Shown here: piece by piece, positions 51,863 to 63,042 of the stretch
Layout of the letters: every line of letters begins with the position of its first letter
Position numbering within the stretch: position 1 is the stretch's first letter
Origin: an uncultured Planctomycetota bacterium
GTDB taxonomy: Bacteria; Planctomycetota; Planctomycetia; Isosphaerales; Isosphaeraceae
Direction: 5' to 3'
Length of the DNA: 64,000 nucleotides
NCBI GenBank assembly: GCA_963823665.1
Contig: CAWGMQ010000006.1
Coordinates: forward strand, 1,632,001 to 1,696,000
The notes under the pieces: model-generated
Told to the model about the DNA's origin: nothing
Databases searched by the model: none
Seen by the model: only the letters and a program-made list of their open reading frames with translations
Made by a program: the position numbers and the translations under genes

Positions 51863-52780
51863 ATGAGTCGTGTGTTGCTCGCTCGCTCCCAGGTACTGAC
51901 CGGGTCACTCCTCGCCCTGGCCCTCCTCGCCACCGGGAGCCTGCAATCGGTCAAGGCGGATCAGATGAATGAGCAGCACCGGATCGGCCTCGGGGGCTAC
52001 TGTCCGGTCTGCATTCTCGACGCCAACAAGTGGGCGAAGGGGTCGCCTGAGCACCAGGCGACTTACGACGGTGTGACGTACTACTTTCCGGAGGAGGCCA
52101 TCAAGGAGAAGTTCGTGGCTAACCCCGCGAGGTATGTGCCCGCCTTGGGCGGCGACTGCATCGTCTGCTACGCCAAGCTCGGGAAACGCGTCCCTGGCAA
52201 TATCAAGCACTCCGCGCGCTACGGCGACAGGCTGTTCCTGTTCCCTGGAGCGGAGCAGCAGCAGGCCTTTCTCAGCAATCCGGTAGAGTTCGCCAACGCT
52301 GACCTCGCGCTGAAGGGCGACTGCTCGGTCTGTCTGGTCCACTCCAACAAGCGTGTCGCCGGCAAGCCCGAGTTCGCGGAGATCAAGGACGGATTCCGCT
52401 ATCTGTTCGTGTCCGCCCGCGAGCAGGCCGCGTTTCGCAAGGACCCGGCCCTCTATGTCGCCCCGGCTTCTAAGCCGGCTGCGATGGAGTCACAGACCAG
52501 CCATCGGCCCACAGCCAACGGCTCCCTGACGGTCATGGGGAGGACGACGTGCGCGGGCTGCGAGCACGGTGTCGCGCCGATCCAGAACCCTGAGGAGCTC
52601 GGGCTGGCCGTCAACACCGACGACGGCAGAGTGGTGATCGTTGAGCAGGCGCACAGGCTCTACCGCGATGCCTACGAGCACCGCTATGACGGACAACGCG
52701 TACGCGTGAGCGGCCGCGTCATCAAGCAGCAGGGACGCTACTCCTGGATTGAGCCGACCGAGCTGATGGTCCAGAGGTGA
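51863..52780 (+). CDS. Exported double-YHS-domain protein with C-terminal CxxC domain
   Basis: GYCPVC..YDG.TYYF...F..NP..Y.P and GDC.VC repeats; TCAGCEH. Confidence 0.85.
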   Translation: MSRVLLARSQVLTGSLLALALLATGSLQSVKADQMNEQHRIGLGGYCPVCILDANKWAKGSPEHQATYDGVTYYFPEEAIKEKFVANPARYVPALGGDCIVCYAKLGKRVPGNIKHSARYGDRLFLFPGAEQQQAFLSNPVEFANADLALKGDCSVCLVHSNKRVAGKPEFAEIKDGFRYLFVSAREQAAFRKDPALYVAPASKPAAMESQTSHRPTANGSLTVMGRTTCAGCEHGVAPIQNPEELGLAVNTDDGRVVIVEQAHRLYRDAYEHRYDGQRVRVSGRVIKQQGRYSWIEPTELMVQR

Positions 52781-52998
52781 GTCCGACCCAAACGCGGCGG
52801 GCGGACCGGCCCCTTCGCCGGTCGCTCGTCCGCGGGGCGACCCAGACAGATCGACCCGGTCCATCCGTGCTAGAGGTTCGTCCGCGGCACGGGGAGATCT
52901 GCCCGGTGGGTCCGCTTTACAAGCGTGACCTACCAGGCGAGATACGTCTGATCAAGATACCGATGATTTTGACGACGCAAAACAAAGGTTGTCCCGCC

Positions 52999-55008
52999 AT
53001 GAAATCTCCCCTTCGACTCCTGACTCTTGCCTTCGCGCTCAGTTTCCTCGACTCGCCGCTCCGGCCCGTTCAGGCCGCCGACAATCCTGCGGTCGTGCGG
53101 ATATCCTCGACGTTGACACGCGTATCGGATACAGTCGGCCAGCTATCCGTGACGGCCGATATCGAGAGCGGATTCCACATCTACGCCCAGTCCCAGCCGC
53201 GGCCGTTCCTGGCGACGAGGATCACCGTGGCCGAGTCGAGGGTGGTGCGCGTCACCGGAGTATTCACTCCGTCGCGGCCGCCGAAAATCATTCGGCACCC
53301 AACTCTGGGGGTAGAGCTCCACGAGTACGAGGGCCAGGTCACCTGGACCACCCCCGTCGAGTTCTCGCGGGCCCCGACTGCCGAAGTCGTCGTGCAGGGA
53401 ACGGTCTTCGCTCAGGCCTGCCAGGAGGATCGCTGCCTGGCCCCGAAGATGTACGAGTTTATGGCCCCACTCCGCACCGATTCCGCACCGTCTCACGGCG
53501 GCTCGGCCCAAGGTGTCGCAGTCGGCGAAGCTGACGCGTCGGAGCCCATCGGCGCCCCTCTCGCTCACGCCGGTGCGAGGAAAGAAGCACGCCCGCCAGC
53601 CGATGGGGGACCTTCCAGCGGGAGCTTCTCGCTCGATCAGATCGAAATCGCCGCGGCCGCATCCGGTCGTGATTCCGTCTGGGCGATCTTGCCCCTCGCG
53701 TTCGTCGCGGGTTTCCTGCTCAACCTAATGCCGTGCGTGCTGCCGGTGGTCGGCCTGAAACTCCTTTCGTTTGTGCAGCAGTCGAACGACAGTCGACGGC
53801 GAGTCTTGTTGCTCAATGTCGCCTACTCGGCGGGATTGATGTCGGTGATGCTCGTGCTGGCCACGTTCGCCGTCTTCGCCGGCTTGGGATGCGGCGAGCA
53901 GTTCAGCAGTACCGCGTTCAGCGTGACGCTCGCGGCCATCGTCTTCGCTTTCGGATTGAGCTTTCTCGGTATCTGGGAGATCCCGGCGCCCGGCTTCGAG
54001 GGGACGGCCGGCGGCGAAGGCTACGGCGGCGCGTTCAGCAAGGGCGTGTTGAGCACGCTCCTGGCGACTCCGTGCAGCGGTCCCTTCCTGGGCTCAGCCT
54101 TGGCTTGGGCGATCGTTCAGCCCACGTACGTCACTTACGCCGTTTTCGCCTCGGTCGCGCTAGGTATGGCCAGCCCCTATCTGCTGGTCGGCCTGTTCCC
54201 CCGGCTCGTGCGGTTTCTGCCGCGGCCGGGTAACTGGATGGTCGCGTTCAAACAAATGATGGGCTTCGTGCTCCTGGCGACCGTCGTTTACCTGCTGAGC
54301 TTCATTCCTGCTCCGAGCGTTGTCCCCACTGTGCTCTTGCTGCTCGGCGTCGGCTTCGGATGCTGGTGGGTGGGCCGAGGTCTGTTGCTGGAGTCGCGCG
54401 GGCTACGACTGCGAGCATGGTTCGTCGCCGCGGCAAGCGTCGCGGCAACTGGCTGGCTGTCCTTCGGCTGGCTGGAAGGCGTGATGGCCGGCCGGTTCGA
54501 AAGCGCTGTCGAACGAAGGCTCGGTGCCGCCGCCGATCCTTCCGCGGAGCAGCTGGTGTTCTCCCGTCTCGGTCTCGACCGCATCGCCTGGGAGCCGTTC
54601 TCGAAACACAGGCTGGAGCAGCTCGTCAACGGAGGCAACACTGTGTTCGTCGATTTCACGGCCGACTGGTGCTTGACCTGCAAGACGAACGAAGCGACTG
54701 CCATCGAACGACCTGAGGTCGCCCGGCTGATTCGCGAGAACGGTATCGTCTTGCTCAGGGCAGACAGGATGAAACCGGCTCCCGAGGTCGATGAAACCCT
54801 GCGTCGTCTGGGCAACAAGGCTGCGTCGATACCGTTCTATGCCATCTTCCCCGGCGGTTCCTCCCACACGCCGATCCTGTCGGACGGGCTGCTGACCGGC
54901 CCGGAGCCGATCGTGAATGCTCTTCGTCAGGCGGGTCCGTCACGCCCCATGTTGGCCTCGAACTTGAAAATTGCACCGGCCTCGGGAAACGACGCAGGAG
55001 GATTCTAA
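52999..55008 (+). CDS. dsbD: Protein-disulfide reductase DsbD family
   Basis: N-domain [16 protein letters not shown] domain [11 protein letters not shown] and [13 protein letters not shown]-terminal [13 protein letters not shown]. Confidence 0.93.
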   Translation: MKSPLRLLTLAFALSFLDSPLRPVQAADNPAVVRISSTLTRVSDTVGQLSVTADIESGFHIYAQSQPRPFLATRITVAESRVVRVTGVFTPSRPPKIIRHPTLGVELHEYEGQVTWTTPVEFSRAPTAEVVVQGTVFAQACQEDRCLAPKMYEFMAPLRTDSAPSHGGSAQGVAVGEADASEPIGAPLAHAGARKEARPPADGGPSSGSFSLDQIEIAAAASGRDSVWAILPLAFVAGFLLNLMPCVLPVVGLKLLSFVQQSNDSRRRVLLLNVAYSAGLMSVMLVLATFAVFAGLGCGEQFSSTAFSVTLAAIVFAFGLSFLGIWEIPAPGFEGTAGGEGYGGAFSKGVLSTLLATPCSGPFLGSALAWAIVQPTYVTYAVFASVALGMASPYLLVGLFPRLVRFLPRPGNWMVAFKQMMGFVLLATVVYLLSFIPAPSVVPTVLLLLGVGFGCWWVGRGLLLESRGLRLRAWFVAAASVAATGWLSFGWLEGVMAGRFESAVERRLGAAADPSAEQLVFSRLGLDRIAWEPFSKHRLEQLVNGGNTVFVDFTADWCLTCKTNEATAIERPEVARLIRENGIVLLRADRMKPAPEVDETLRRLGNKAASIPFYAIFPGGSSHTPILSDGLLTGPEPIVNALRQAGPSRPMLASNLKIAPASGNDAGGF

Positions 55009-55571
55009 TGGCTAGCCGAGTGAAATCGCAGCAGGTCCTCTTGGTACTTGCACTGGCTATTGCGCTGCCCCTGATCGCAAGAGCGAGAATCAGGCGCGCG
55101 ACTGCTCCAGAGTTCAAGGAGAAAGCTACCATGTCGCAAGCATCAGAACAGGATGGGACCCCGCTTCCCGGGACCGACGCTGAGTGGAAGCAGCGTCTCA
55201 CGCCCGAGCAGTACACGATCCTACGGCGCAAGGGTACAGAGACGGCTTTCACCGGCAAGTACTGGCACACCAAGGCGAAGGGAGTGTACCGCTGCGCCGG
55301 CTGCGGCCAGCCGCTTTTCTCCTCGGACGCCAAATTCGACTCGGGCACGGGATGGCCCAGTTTCTGGACAGCGTATGCCCCCAATACCGTAGCGACCGGA
55401 TCGGACGATAGCCTCTGGATGCACCGCACCGAGGTGCTCTGCAACCGCTGCGGCGGTCACCTCGGCCACGTGTTTTCCGATGGACCGCAACCGACCGGCC
55501 TGCGTTACTGCATCAACTCAGCGGCGCTGAAATTGGACGAGCCCGAATCGCCCCAGAAAGCGAACAAATGA
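55008..55571 (+). CDS. msrB: Peptide-methionine (R)-S-oxide reductase with N-terminal signal
   Basis: [54 protein letters not shown]. Confidence 0.97.
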   Translation: MASRVKSQQVLLVLALAIALPLIARARIRRATAPEFKEKATMSQASEQDGTPLPGTDAEWKQRLTPEQYTILRRKGTETAFTGKYWHTKAKGVYRCAGCGQPLFSSDAKFDSGTGWPSFWTAYAPNTVATGSDDSLWMHRTEVLCNRCGGHLGHVFSDGPQPTGLRYCINSAALKLDEPESPQKANK

Positions 55572-55608
55572 GGAGACTGCGATCTCTGGGGCCTGCCAAC
55601 GTAAGCTA

Positions 55609-55812
55609 GCCGAACACTTCAGGAAGAGGCTTGACGCATCCGGGGCTTTTGGCGCCCCGATCGTGACCGACATTTTGGCCTTTCGCGTCTTCTTCGCCGC
55701 CGAGAACCTCCACCAGGACTAATACGAACTCAACGCACGGCAGCCGTACTGCCAGTTCGTTATCCGGCCGAAGGTGTAGAAACTCAACAAGGTCTTCGGC
55801 GACCAGCTCAAG
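55609..55812 (+). pseudogene. msrA: Decayed C-terminal fragment of a second msrA
   Basis: Reads AEHFRKRLDASGAFGAPIVTDI...AENLHQD*Y...QPYCQFVIRPKV*KL..VFGDQLK, colinear with the C-terminus of 48174-48884. Stops at 55720 and 55777. Confidence 0.85.
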
Positions 55813-55932
55813 GACCGGGCGCAACAGCCGGTCAGGAGAGCGACGCGGGTAACCGTCCGGTGAAGTGCATCTTTATCCGGGCGGGGGTTGGTGTCAGGAT
55901 AAGCCGGTGCCCTCACGCACCGGAGTCCACGC

Positions 55933-56328
55933 ATGTCCCGCGCTATTCCCAAATGCGATTGGTCAGCCATACTGGCTGACTTCCACCGCTCTGGTTTGAC
56001 CCAAACTGAGTTTTGTCGCCGCCGTCATATCTCCGTCAGCTCCTTCCGCAGTTGGCTATACGGTCTCCGTGGCGGATTTCCTACCGCCGGCCCCTCGGAA
56101 AGCCGTCGCCCGGCGCCGGTCTCTGCCCCGGCGAGCTCCGCGCTCCCCGCCTTCCTTCCTGTGCTTGTCCGTCCCCAATCGAGGGTTTCTACGGCCGACC
56201 CCCACGTCTCCCATCCACCCGCCTCGCTCGAGCTCGTCGTGAGTGAACGACACTTCGTCCGCATTCCACCCGGCTTTGATCCGGCGACCCTTCATCAACT
56301 CCTCGACGTCCTGGAAGATCGGCCGTGA
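55933..56328 (+). CDS. tnpA: IS66 accessory protein TnpA
   Basis: W......SGLTQTEFCRRR.IS.SSF..W HTH; F.PV and IPPGFD..TL. Confidence 0.9.
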   Translation: MSRAIPKCDWSAILADFHRSGLTQTEFCRRRHISVSSFRSWLYGLRGGFPTAGPSESRRPAPVSAPASSALPAFLPVLVRPQSRVSTADPHVSHPPASLELVVSERHFVRIPPGFDPATLHQLLDVLEDRP

Positions 56329-56705
56329 TCAACTTCCCACCCACAGTCCGCATTTTCTTGGCCGTTGGGCCAGCGGATCTCCGGAAGGGATTCGACGGCC
56401 TCGCTGCCCTCACCTCTTCGACCATCGGCTTGGATCCCCTCTGCGGCCATCTCTTCGTCTTTCGCAATCGGCGGGGCGATCGCCTCAAGATCCTCTACTG
56501 GGACCGCGATGGCTACGCGCTCTGGTACAAGCGGCTCGAGCGAGGCGTCTTCCGCTTCCCTCAACCCACGGCGAACCGCATCGAAGTCTCGCCGGCCGAG
56601 ATGGCTGCCATCCTCGCCGGCATCGATTTACGCACCGCGGGCCGCCAGCGACGCTACACTTTGCCGGCGCCCATCCCCATCTCGCAGGCAGATGCACTCG
56701 TATAA
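56325..56705 (+). CDS. tnpB: IS66 accessory protein TnpB
   Basis: DLRKGFDGL and LFVFRNRRGDRLKILYWDRDG..LWYKRLE.G.F. Confidence 0.96.
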   Translation: MINFPPTVRIFLAVGPADLRKGFDGLAALTSSTIGLDPLCGHLFVFRNRRGDRLKILYWDRDGYALWYKRLERGVFRFPQPTANRIEVSPAEMAAILAGIDLRTAGRQRRYTLPAPIPISQADALV

Positions 56706-56755
56706 TCTTCTGAGAATCTCTCGTCACATTGACGGCGGTCGACCGTAATAACGGT

Positions 56756-58317
56756 ATGACGACGGCGGCCGATTCACTCCCCACCGATCTGGAAACCGCC
56801 CATCAGCTCATCCGCGAGCTCTTGGAGACGCTGCGCCAGCAGACCGTCCTGAACGAGCACCTCCAGCATCAGCTCGAAAAGCTCCTGCGGCGGATCTACG
56901 GCCCCAGGACCGAAAAGCTCGACCCCAACCAACTCCTCCTTTTCGCCCGCGAGATCTTGGAAGCAACCGGAGTCGACCCCGCTGCGGCCCCACCGGCTGC
57001 CGACGCGAAGACAACCGAGTCGGTTGGCCAAGCGGAACCAACCAAGAAGAACGGGCACGGTCGTAAGCCGCTGCCCAGGAGCCTCGAGCGCCGGCGCAAG
57101 GTCCACGACGTTCTCCCCGAACTACTCCCGTGCCCCGACTGCGGCGTCATCCGCACCGGCATTGGCGAGGAGGTTCGCGAGCAGCTTGAATTTGTTCAGG
57201 CCAGCTTGATTGTGGTCGAGCATGTGCGGCCCAAGTACGCGTGCAAGGCATGCCAGGCCAACGTGATCATTGCCGAACGACTTCCTGAGCCGATCGAGAA
57301 AGGTTTGCCTGGCCCAGGGCTCATGGCCCAGGTGATCGTCAGCAAGTACGCCGACCATTTGCCGCTTTATCGGCAGGAAGGAATCTTCCGCCGTCACGGC
57401 GTGGAGCTGTCTCGTCAGACGATGTGCGATTGGATGGCGGTCTCTGCCGAATTGTTGGAACCGATCGTCGCGGAGATGCACTGCGAGATCCTCAAATCGC
57501 GGGTCATTCAGACTGACGACACGCCAGTACCCGTTCTGGACCGGAGTTTGGGGAAGACGCGGACAGGCCGGCTCTGGGACTACCTGGGGGATCGCGATCA
57601 TCCCCACGTGGTGTACGACTACACGCCGGATCGCAGCGGCGAGGGACCGCAGCGGATGCTCGATGGTTATGAAGGCTACCTTCAAGCCGACGCGTATTCG
57701 GCCTACGACGCGATCTACGCCGGGAAGAAGATCATCGAAGTGGGGTGCTGGTGCATGCGCGGCGGAAGTTCCACGAGTCCAAGTCGAGCGACGCGGTAAG
57801 GGCGCACGTGGCGATGGCCATGATTCAGCAGTTGTACAAGGTGGAGAAGGACACCAAGGATCAGGACGACGCGGCGCGCGGGGCATTGCGCCAGGAGCGT
57901 TCGAAGCCGATCTTGAATGAGATCCACGCTTGGTTGTTACAGGAAAAGAGTCGCGTATTGCCCAAGAGTCCGATCGGCGAAGCGATCGGGTATGCCTTGA
58001 ATCACTGGCAGGCGCTCGAGAGATTCACCGAGGCGGGTTGGCTGTCGATCGACAATAACGCCAGCGAGCGCGGGATGAAGCCGGTGGCACTCGGTCGAAA
58101 GAATTGGTTATTCGCCGGGAGTGACGCCGGCGGCAAGACGGCGGCGACGCTGATGAGCTTGTGCATGACGTGCAAGAACGTGGGGGTGGATGCGTTTGCC
58201 TATCTGCGTGACGTGCTGGAGCGGATCAGCACGCACCCCGCGCGGCGAATCAGAGAGTTGCTGCCGGATCAGTGGAAGAAAGAACGGGTGGCAGCGGAGA
58301 CGAAGCCGGTGGAGTGA
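56756..58317 (+). CDS. tnpC: IS66 transposase TnpC (frameshift near 57750)
   Basis: CPDCG zinc ribbon, KYADHLPLYRQ, DDTPV, GYLQADAY, CW.HARRKF and IDNN.SER..KPVALGRKNWLFAGS. Confidence 0.95.
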
Positions 58318-58543
58318 CCGCGCTGGTCACGAGCAGAGAGCTTGCGCGCGTGCTGGTGCGGCCGGCGGTCGAGCGGGCCTGGATGCCCTCGGTGATCGGC
58401 CCCGAGCTCCCAGGCGCGCGAAGCAAGTCGCGCGCCGGCCGCGCGCATTTAGCCGCGTGTACTCCACCGGACGGTTACCGACGCGGTGAGTGGCGAACGA
58501 GCTGACGGCCTCAATGGCACCCGAATCGGAGGTTAAGACCGCC

Positions 58544-59076
58544 ATGTTGACCACTCACCGACACGATCGGCGGGTCCGCCGGCAGACTCGGTTTTTCCTG
58601 GAATCGCTCGATGATCGGCTCGTCTTATCGGTCGGCGCCTTGAGCGCCCGGCCGAGGCCGTGGTGCACCATCCCGCGGCCGACCACAGTCTACTCCAGCA
58701 AAACGACCACCAAACCCGCCGGCGAGGGGTCATCGGGTACGGATCGCCTGCCACGCTGCCGCTCAACGTGGCCGCGGGACTCAGGTTGCTCTTCCGGGAG
58801 TACAAGGAACAGAGCGGCGGCAGTCGCTTCGCGCCAAGCCCGACCACCGGCAGACCGCTCCAGATCATCGACACGAGAGTCGCCGTGCTCATCAAGGTGG
58901 CGTTCCCACCCGCCCTGGATTCATACGTCCCCCGCCTCCGGGCGCTTGGGCTGGATGTCATCCGCACCATCCCGGACTACGGCCTGGTCGAAGGCACGCT
59001 GCGGATCGCCAAGCTGCCGGCCGCAGCGCAGCTCGCGGCGAAAGTGTGGCCGGCTCCCCCGTCGAGCTTGAGATAG
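58544..59076 (+). CDS. Hypothetical protein with planctomycete LESLDDRLVLS motif (frameshifted or degenerate)
   Basis: Motif lies in the 58490 frame and the remainder in the 58660-59076 frame. Confidence 0.45.
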
Positions 59077-59121
59077 CTCCATCGAGACGCGCATCGATCG
59101 GACTTCTCCGGCGTGTCGCGG

Positions 59122-59433
59122 TTAATGTCTTCTAAGTTCGCATTTGATTCGCTCGCGGGCCTCGTCGGACAGTCGCGGCTCAGGCAAGGACTCCGCGCGA
59201 TCGACCAGCCTTGCCAGCCGTCGAAATTCGCTTTGCATGAACCTGAGTTGTTGGGAATAGCGGCGGCATGCCGAGCAATAGATCAAATGCGATCTCAAGA
59301 CGACCGCTTCCAGCAAGCTCAGGTCCCGGTCGAGCGATTCCGAGGCCAAGCGAGTCATTCCTTTGCAAGGCATGTTGAGAAGGCGCCAGGCGGTCTGGAA
59401 AAAGGTCATGGACGGAAATACCTTTCTAGTCAT
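59122..59433 (-). CDS. zf-HC2 anti-sigma factor
   Basis: C....RL.S.SLDR.L...HLIYCSACRRY; ATGA overlap with the sigma gene. Confidence 0.9.
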   Translation of the reverse strand: MTRKVFPSMTFFQTAWRLLNMPCKGMTRLASESLDRDLSLLEAVVLRSHLIYCSACRRYSQQLRFMQSEFRRLARLVDRAESLPEPRLSDEARERIKCELRRH

Positions 59434-60020
59434 GATAAGGTCGACTTCTTCGTCCGTTCTCCGTACCACCGGGATTCGAGACATTGCCGCAAGAGAAATC
59501 GCGCGCGGTGGATGCGCTTCCAGAAACTGGCGGGTGATATGTTCAGAATTGACTGAACCTCATTTGCCTTCAAGCCGTCCACTTCGCGTAGCGTGAAGGC
59601 GTCAGCGAGGCTCGGCGGCAGCCTGGAAAGGCAACCGGCGATGACATCCCAAAACTCCACGGTCTCTAACTGCAAGCTCGGGTCACTACTCCATTCCGCT
59701 GGCCCGACCAGCCACTCACCACGTTGGTCAAACGCCAGTTCGCTCTCGCTCTTGGCCCGCTCACCTCTTCCGGACATCGGTTGCCGACTCGCCTTGCGGA
59801 TGTGGTCGAGAATTTTGTGCCGCAAAATCCCTACCAACCATGTCCACTCACTGGATCGCCCTGCAAATGTACCCCGAGCTCGGAGGGCATCCACGAACGT
59901 TTCCTGAACGATGTCGGCCGCCAGGTCTGGTGACCGAAGCCGCAATAACGCATAGCGATACAGGCCGTCACCATGGCGATCCACCCATAGCTCGGGTTCC
60001 GTCATAACGTCAATACTCAT
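59430..60020 (-). CDS. ECF sigma-70 factor (TIGR02943-like)
   Basis: WVDRHGD.LYRYALLRL...A.D.VQETF, F.GRSSE.TWLVGILRHKI.D and F.LREVDG....HRAR..LRQCLE..W. Confidence 0.95.
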   Translation of the reverse strand: MSIDVMTEPELWVDRHGDGLYRYALLRLRSPDLAADIVQETFVDALRARGTFAGRSSEWTWLVGILRHKILDHIRKASRQPMSGRGERAKSESELAFDQRGEWLVGPAEWSSDPSLQLETVEFWDVIAGCLSRLPPSLADAFTLREVDGLKANEVQSILNISPASFWKRIHRARFLLRQCLESRWYGERTKKSTLS

Positions 60021-60330
60021 GAACGGTTGTCCCAGTTCGGCTTTCTCCTGATGGCGCGCACACAATGGTGAGTCGCTCGACAAGTGAATTTCCTGCCAAA
60101 GAATCTGTGTTTGCTCGCGACGCTGTGCTCGACCGGCACACGGAACATGTTGATCATCAAAACGGAAAACCCCGGTACGGTCATTGCGGTACGTTACGCC
60201 AAGCAGCAAGACTTGGTGGGGTTTCTCCGACGAAATGCGCGGAGCGGCGGTTTCATACGGCGGAGTCCCACGGGTGAACCACACAACACCGATACGAAGC
60301 CCGGACACGCCGGGCAACTCAGTCACCCAT

Positions 60331-61377
60331 TCAGCAGGTGCCGACGAGCGGGCGGAATCCCGGACCGAAAAGGCGATCGTTCGAGCGGGTTGTCGGTGGA
60401 TTGAATGGAGAGCCGCAGGCGGGACAGGTCGCGACGAACGCGCTGTAGGAATCGTCGGTCGTAATGCCCCAAGTATCGATTACTGACAGGTTCAAGAGCC
60501 GGTTCCGTGCAGCGCGGCGCGCCTTGCGTCGTGCGATGACCCGGTCGAGATCGCGAGCATTATCAGCGATATCGGCAGGGGCCTTTCCTGGGTTCCAGGG
60601 CAATTCTTCGGCCTGGAAGACCTGGCCGTTGACGCGATCCTGCGCGAAGACGACCACTCGAAAACTCGCCGCGTCCGCGCCGCCAGGGAGTTCGATGAGG
60701 AACGAAACGGCCCGAGTTCGGGTTCGATCGAGTTTGAGAAACCTTTGGTCGAGCCGGCGGACGATGTGATGTTCGACGAGCATCAGTCCCGCGTTCTCGC
60801 CGCGAAGAACCCTGGTCTTGACTGGGTCTTCGGTCAGTGCCATCCCGATCAAGAGCGCGCGTCCGGCCACCTCGGGAGATCGGGCCGCGACTTTCACCAA
60901 CGCGGTCTTTCGATTCCCCATGCCGCCCAACTTGAGGTCGAGGGCGACCTCCGCCGTCATTTTGAGGGCCTGTTCGATGGCGGCCACGGCCATCGCACGG
61001 TCCGACCCGAAGAGGGGCTGGCGGCCGTCGACCATCAATAGCGGGGTGATCCGCAGGTCGTCGCGGCGCTGCACCCCGTTGTAGTCGCATTGGCGGCGGG
61101 TGTACGAAGCGTCCGAATAGGGGTCGGGCCAGGGTTGATTGAAATAGTCGACATGGAGGTTGAGTGGCACGATCCGGTCGCGGTCAACGCCCGGCTCGGT
61201 AAGCTTGCCGAGGAGGTCCGAAGCGGGTGCGCAGGAACTGCACCCCTGCGAGGTAAAGAGCTCCACGAGCACTCTCTTCGGCTGGTTCACCGGATATTCC
61301 CCTGCGGCCGCCGCGACAGGACGGAGGACCGTCAGCGTAAAGAAAACGGCGATCGCCTTCAGCGCACGGTTCTTCAT
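60331..61377 (-). CDS. DUF1223 thioredoxin-like protein (copy 3; 3' end uncertain)
   Basis: Signal peptide, VLVELFTSQGCSSCAPA, HVDYFN..W.DPYS and GENAG..L..H.IVR. Confidence 0.88.
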   Translation of the reverse strand: MKNRALKAIAVFFTLTVLRPVAAAAGEYPVNQPKRVLVELFTSQGCSSCAPASDLLGKLTEPGVDRDRIVPLNLHVDYFNQPWPDPYSDASYTRRQCDYNGVQRRDDLRITPLLMVDGRQPLFGSDRAMAVAAIEQALKMTAEVALDLKLGGMGNRKTALVKVAARSPEVAGRALLIGMALTEDPVKTRVLRGENAGLMLVEHHIVRRLDQRFLKLDRTRTRAVSFLIELPGGADAASFRVVVFAQDRVNGQVFQAEELPWNPGKAPADIADNARDLDRVIARRKARRAARNRLLNLSVIDTWGITTDDSYSAFVATCPACGSPFNPPTTRSNDRLFGPGFRPLVGTC

Positions 61378-61653
61378 GAGTGTCGCCTCGATTGAGTCGT
61401 GCGCCCGGAATCGGCAAGCCCGAAACGCCGTCGGGGGCTTGTCTGGCGAAATCGTCTGAGGACTTACCGCCGGGGGTGGCAAAACCGGACAGGCCCTGTT
61501 TGCGGCCGACCGCGCGAAAATGAATCGATGGGGAAATACCGCGAAATCATGGATGAACACCGTTGTGAACTCTTGACCGCGCTTCTTCGCCACGCCGGTC
61601 CCGTGGACATTCGCGAGTTTGTCCCGGCGACCGGTCGCGGCGAATGGCAAATG

Positions 61654-62794
61654 TTACTGTACGACCAGGCCGGCCGCGCTCTTCGGCATGACTCCGACCG
61701 GGCTCAGGAACAGCTCGTCCAGGCTTCCTCCCTTGCCGATCGTGAATGCGGCGATCTGGCCGTTGCCCCCGACGTTCACGTAAAGAACGTCATTCCCGAG
61801 GATGGCGTTGTCGGTCGGGCCGGTCCCAGCGGGAAGAATGCCAGCCAGCCCGCCGCCGCCGACGGGGTTCAGCAAGGTCAGCGTCCCCGTGGCGGCATCG
61901 AACCCCAATGCGGTGATGGTCGCCGGCGCGGTGTTCACGGTGTAGATGTACTTCTGGTTGGCGGTGATAGCGCACCAGCAGGGCGCGAGCTGGGTGCCGG
62001 TGACGAGAGTGTTCGTGATCGGCTGGGCGGTTCCATTCGGGAGGATCTGGTAGGAAGAAACCGCGCCGGGAGGCTCCGCATTATTCCCGAAGGTCGTCAC
62101 GAGGAACCCGTTGCTGCTGAAGAGGAATCCGAAGGTGTCGGTGAGGGGTGTCGGGGTGAACGTCGGGGCAGCCGCCCGGCCGTCAGCGCGAACCTTGAAG
62201 ACGTCGATATTATTGCCGTTCCTCTCGGTCACGACGAGCCAATTGCCGTTCGGGGAAAAGCTGACCTGGGCGGGGAGCACCGACGCCCCGCTGAGCGTCT
62301 GCGTGGACTTCGCCAACGCCGTGAGTTTGCCCTTGGCGCCGACCGTGAACCCGGTAATCATGTCGACCGCGCCGTGGGCTCCCCCGGCGTTCAGCACGTA
62401 GAGGAGGTCGCCCGAGACGGCGACGCTGTTCGGAAACGTGCCCCCGGAGGAGATGATCTGGATCAGATCCGGCTCTTTCTTGCTCAAGTCAAAGACGGAA
62501 ATGCTGCCGTCGCCGGCGTTGACCAGGTAGAGGGTGTCGCCGCCGGCGTCCACCGCGATCGACCCCTGGCTGCCGAGCCCGGTGCCCGCGCCAAGACCGC
62601 CCGTGTTATAGAAGAGGGGGAATTCGAGCAGGCCTTTATTGTCGCGTGCGAATACCGCGAGCTGGTTCCCGTCAGCCGCGTTGGTCATCATGTAAACCGC
62701 CCCATCGCCGGCGCGAGCCGTTCCCCAGGACATCGTAAGCAGCACCGCCAACACCGCCAGTTTCGGCGCGGCGCCATAAGGTTGTCGTCTTCAA
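61654..62794 (-). CDS. Secreted beta-propeller (lactonase/Pgl-like); probable 1-nt indel in the signal peptide
   Basis: TTG after AAGGAG; AVYMMTNAADGN, LYLVNAGDGSIS, LLYVLNAG, FSPNG and APCW. Confidence 0.85.
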
Positions 62795-62869
62795 GACAGC
62801 TTCTCCTTTTGTAGTAGTTTCGTCAAATCACGGACTGAGACCGGCTTCGATATTTCGGCCTCGCAAGAG

Positions 62870-62898
62870 TGAGTCGCCGTAGCGAGCGAATCCTGACA
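62870..62898 (-). promoter_or_regulatory. Candidate ECF promoter TGTCAGGA-N14-CGACTCA
   Basis: One of three equally spaced copies; points toward the beta-propeller gene. Confidence 0.65.
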
Positions 62899-62967
62899 CA
62901 AAAATCAATCGGAGCTGCGATCGCTACGCGGCAAAGTTTGTGATCCGGTCGGACGTAACAAATTGGC

Positions 62968-62996
62968 TGTCAGGAAATATGTGGTGGATCGATTCA
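62968..62996 (+). promoter_or_regulatory. Candidate ECF promoter TGTCAGGA-N14-CGATTCA
   Basis: Upstream of the orphan anti-sigma gene. Confidence 0.65.
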
Positions 62997-63042
62997 TACT
63001 TATGAAGTAGCAACGCCTCGAGCCCGAAACGGATTGGGCCAG

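Larger units (their letters stand above)
55849..58478 (+). mobile_element. IS66-family insertion sequence (2630 bp)
   Basis: 21-bp terminal inverted repeats starting GTAACCGTCCGGTG (19/21 match), 8-bp target duplication CGACGCGG (55841-55848 and 58479-58486), and tnpA-tnpB-tnpC order. Confidence 0.97.

Noticed and set aside
55606..55824. 72-aa minus-strand ORF
   Set aside because: It is the antisense of the msrA relic on the plus strand.
55892..55920. TGTCAGGA inside the IS66 left end (and at 13558) as further ECF promoters
   Set aside because: Neither has the CGA[CT]TCA element at the 14-nt spacing.
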